Assembly: GCA_038087875.1 (NCBI GenBank)
Contig: CM075988.1
Coordinates: forward strand, 17,734,001 to 17,798,000
Source: Malacoraja senta
Lineage: Eukaryota
Length of the DNA: 64,000 nucleotides
Direction of reading: 5' to 3'
In this document: in pieces, positions 63,645 through 64,000 of the stretch
Numbering within the stretch: the first letter of the stretch is position 1
Layout of the letters: every line of letters begins with the position of its first letter
Position numbers and translations under genes: made by a program
Notes under the pieces: generated by a model
What the model saw: only the letters and a program-made list of their open reading frames with translations
Told to the model about the DNA's origin: nothing
Database searches by the model: none

Positions 63645-64000
63645 CACCACCATTTGTGTGTAAAAAAAAAGTCTTATTAAATCCTTCCCCCCCCCCCCCT
63701 CACAAACTTTTGCCTCTGGTTCTTGATTCCCTTACTCTGGGCAAAATACTGCATTTATCAGATCTATTCCTCTTGTGATTTTGTACGCCTCTATAAAGAT
63801 CACCCCTCATCCTCCTGCGCTCCAAGGAATAAAGTCCCTAGCTTGCTCAACCTATCCCTATAGCTCAGGCCCTTGTGTCCTGGCATCATCATCATAAATC
63901 TTTCTGCAATCTTTCCAACTTAAACATGGTGACCAAAATTAAACACAATACTCTAAATGTGGCCTCACCAATGTCTTATATAGCTGACCTCCCAACTTCT
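63645..64000 (-). mobile_element. CR1 3' fragment running off the window
   Basis: gatcacccctcatcctcctgcgctccaagg...cacaatactctaaatgtggcctcacc. Confidence 0.85.

Overview
Vertebrate genomic DNA, most likely from a cartilaginous fish (skate or ray), judged from its HE1-type SINEs, CR1 LINEs and Penelope repeats. The + strand carries the 3' ten coding exons of SIK2 (4997-25529: end of the kinase domain, UBA domain, PKA sites, C-terminus GYVLVN) and a repeat-free 3' UTR of about 3.5 kb. After an exact 200-N scaffold gap (46467-46666) come coding exons 2-11 of the PP2A scaffold gene PPP2R1B, also on +. Its exon 1 and exons 12 onward are not visible. Introns and the intergenic region are dense in CR1 fragments (one triple-nested), tRNA-derived SINEs, non-autonomous DNA transposons and a Penelope-like GIY-YIG fragment. 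Most notable: (1) many ~70-130 bp Penelope-derived mini-elements with a minimal hammerhead-ribozyme-like core, several with 12-18 bp target duplications or arranged as inverted pairs; (2) a candidate unannotated minus-strand spliced transcript starting near two RFX X-boxes; (3) SIK2 and PPP2R1B in tandem rather than convergent orientation across the gap; (4) a Crypton/Eulor-like palindrome in a SIK2 intron. Repeat family names come from recalled consensus features, not from a database search, and repeat boundaries are approximate.
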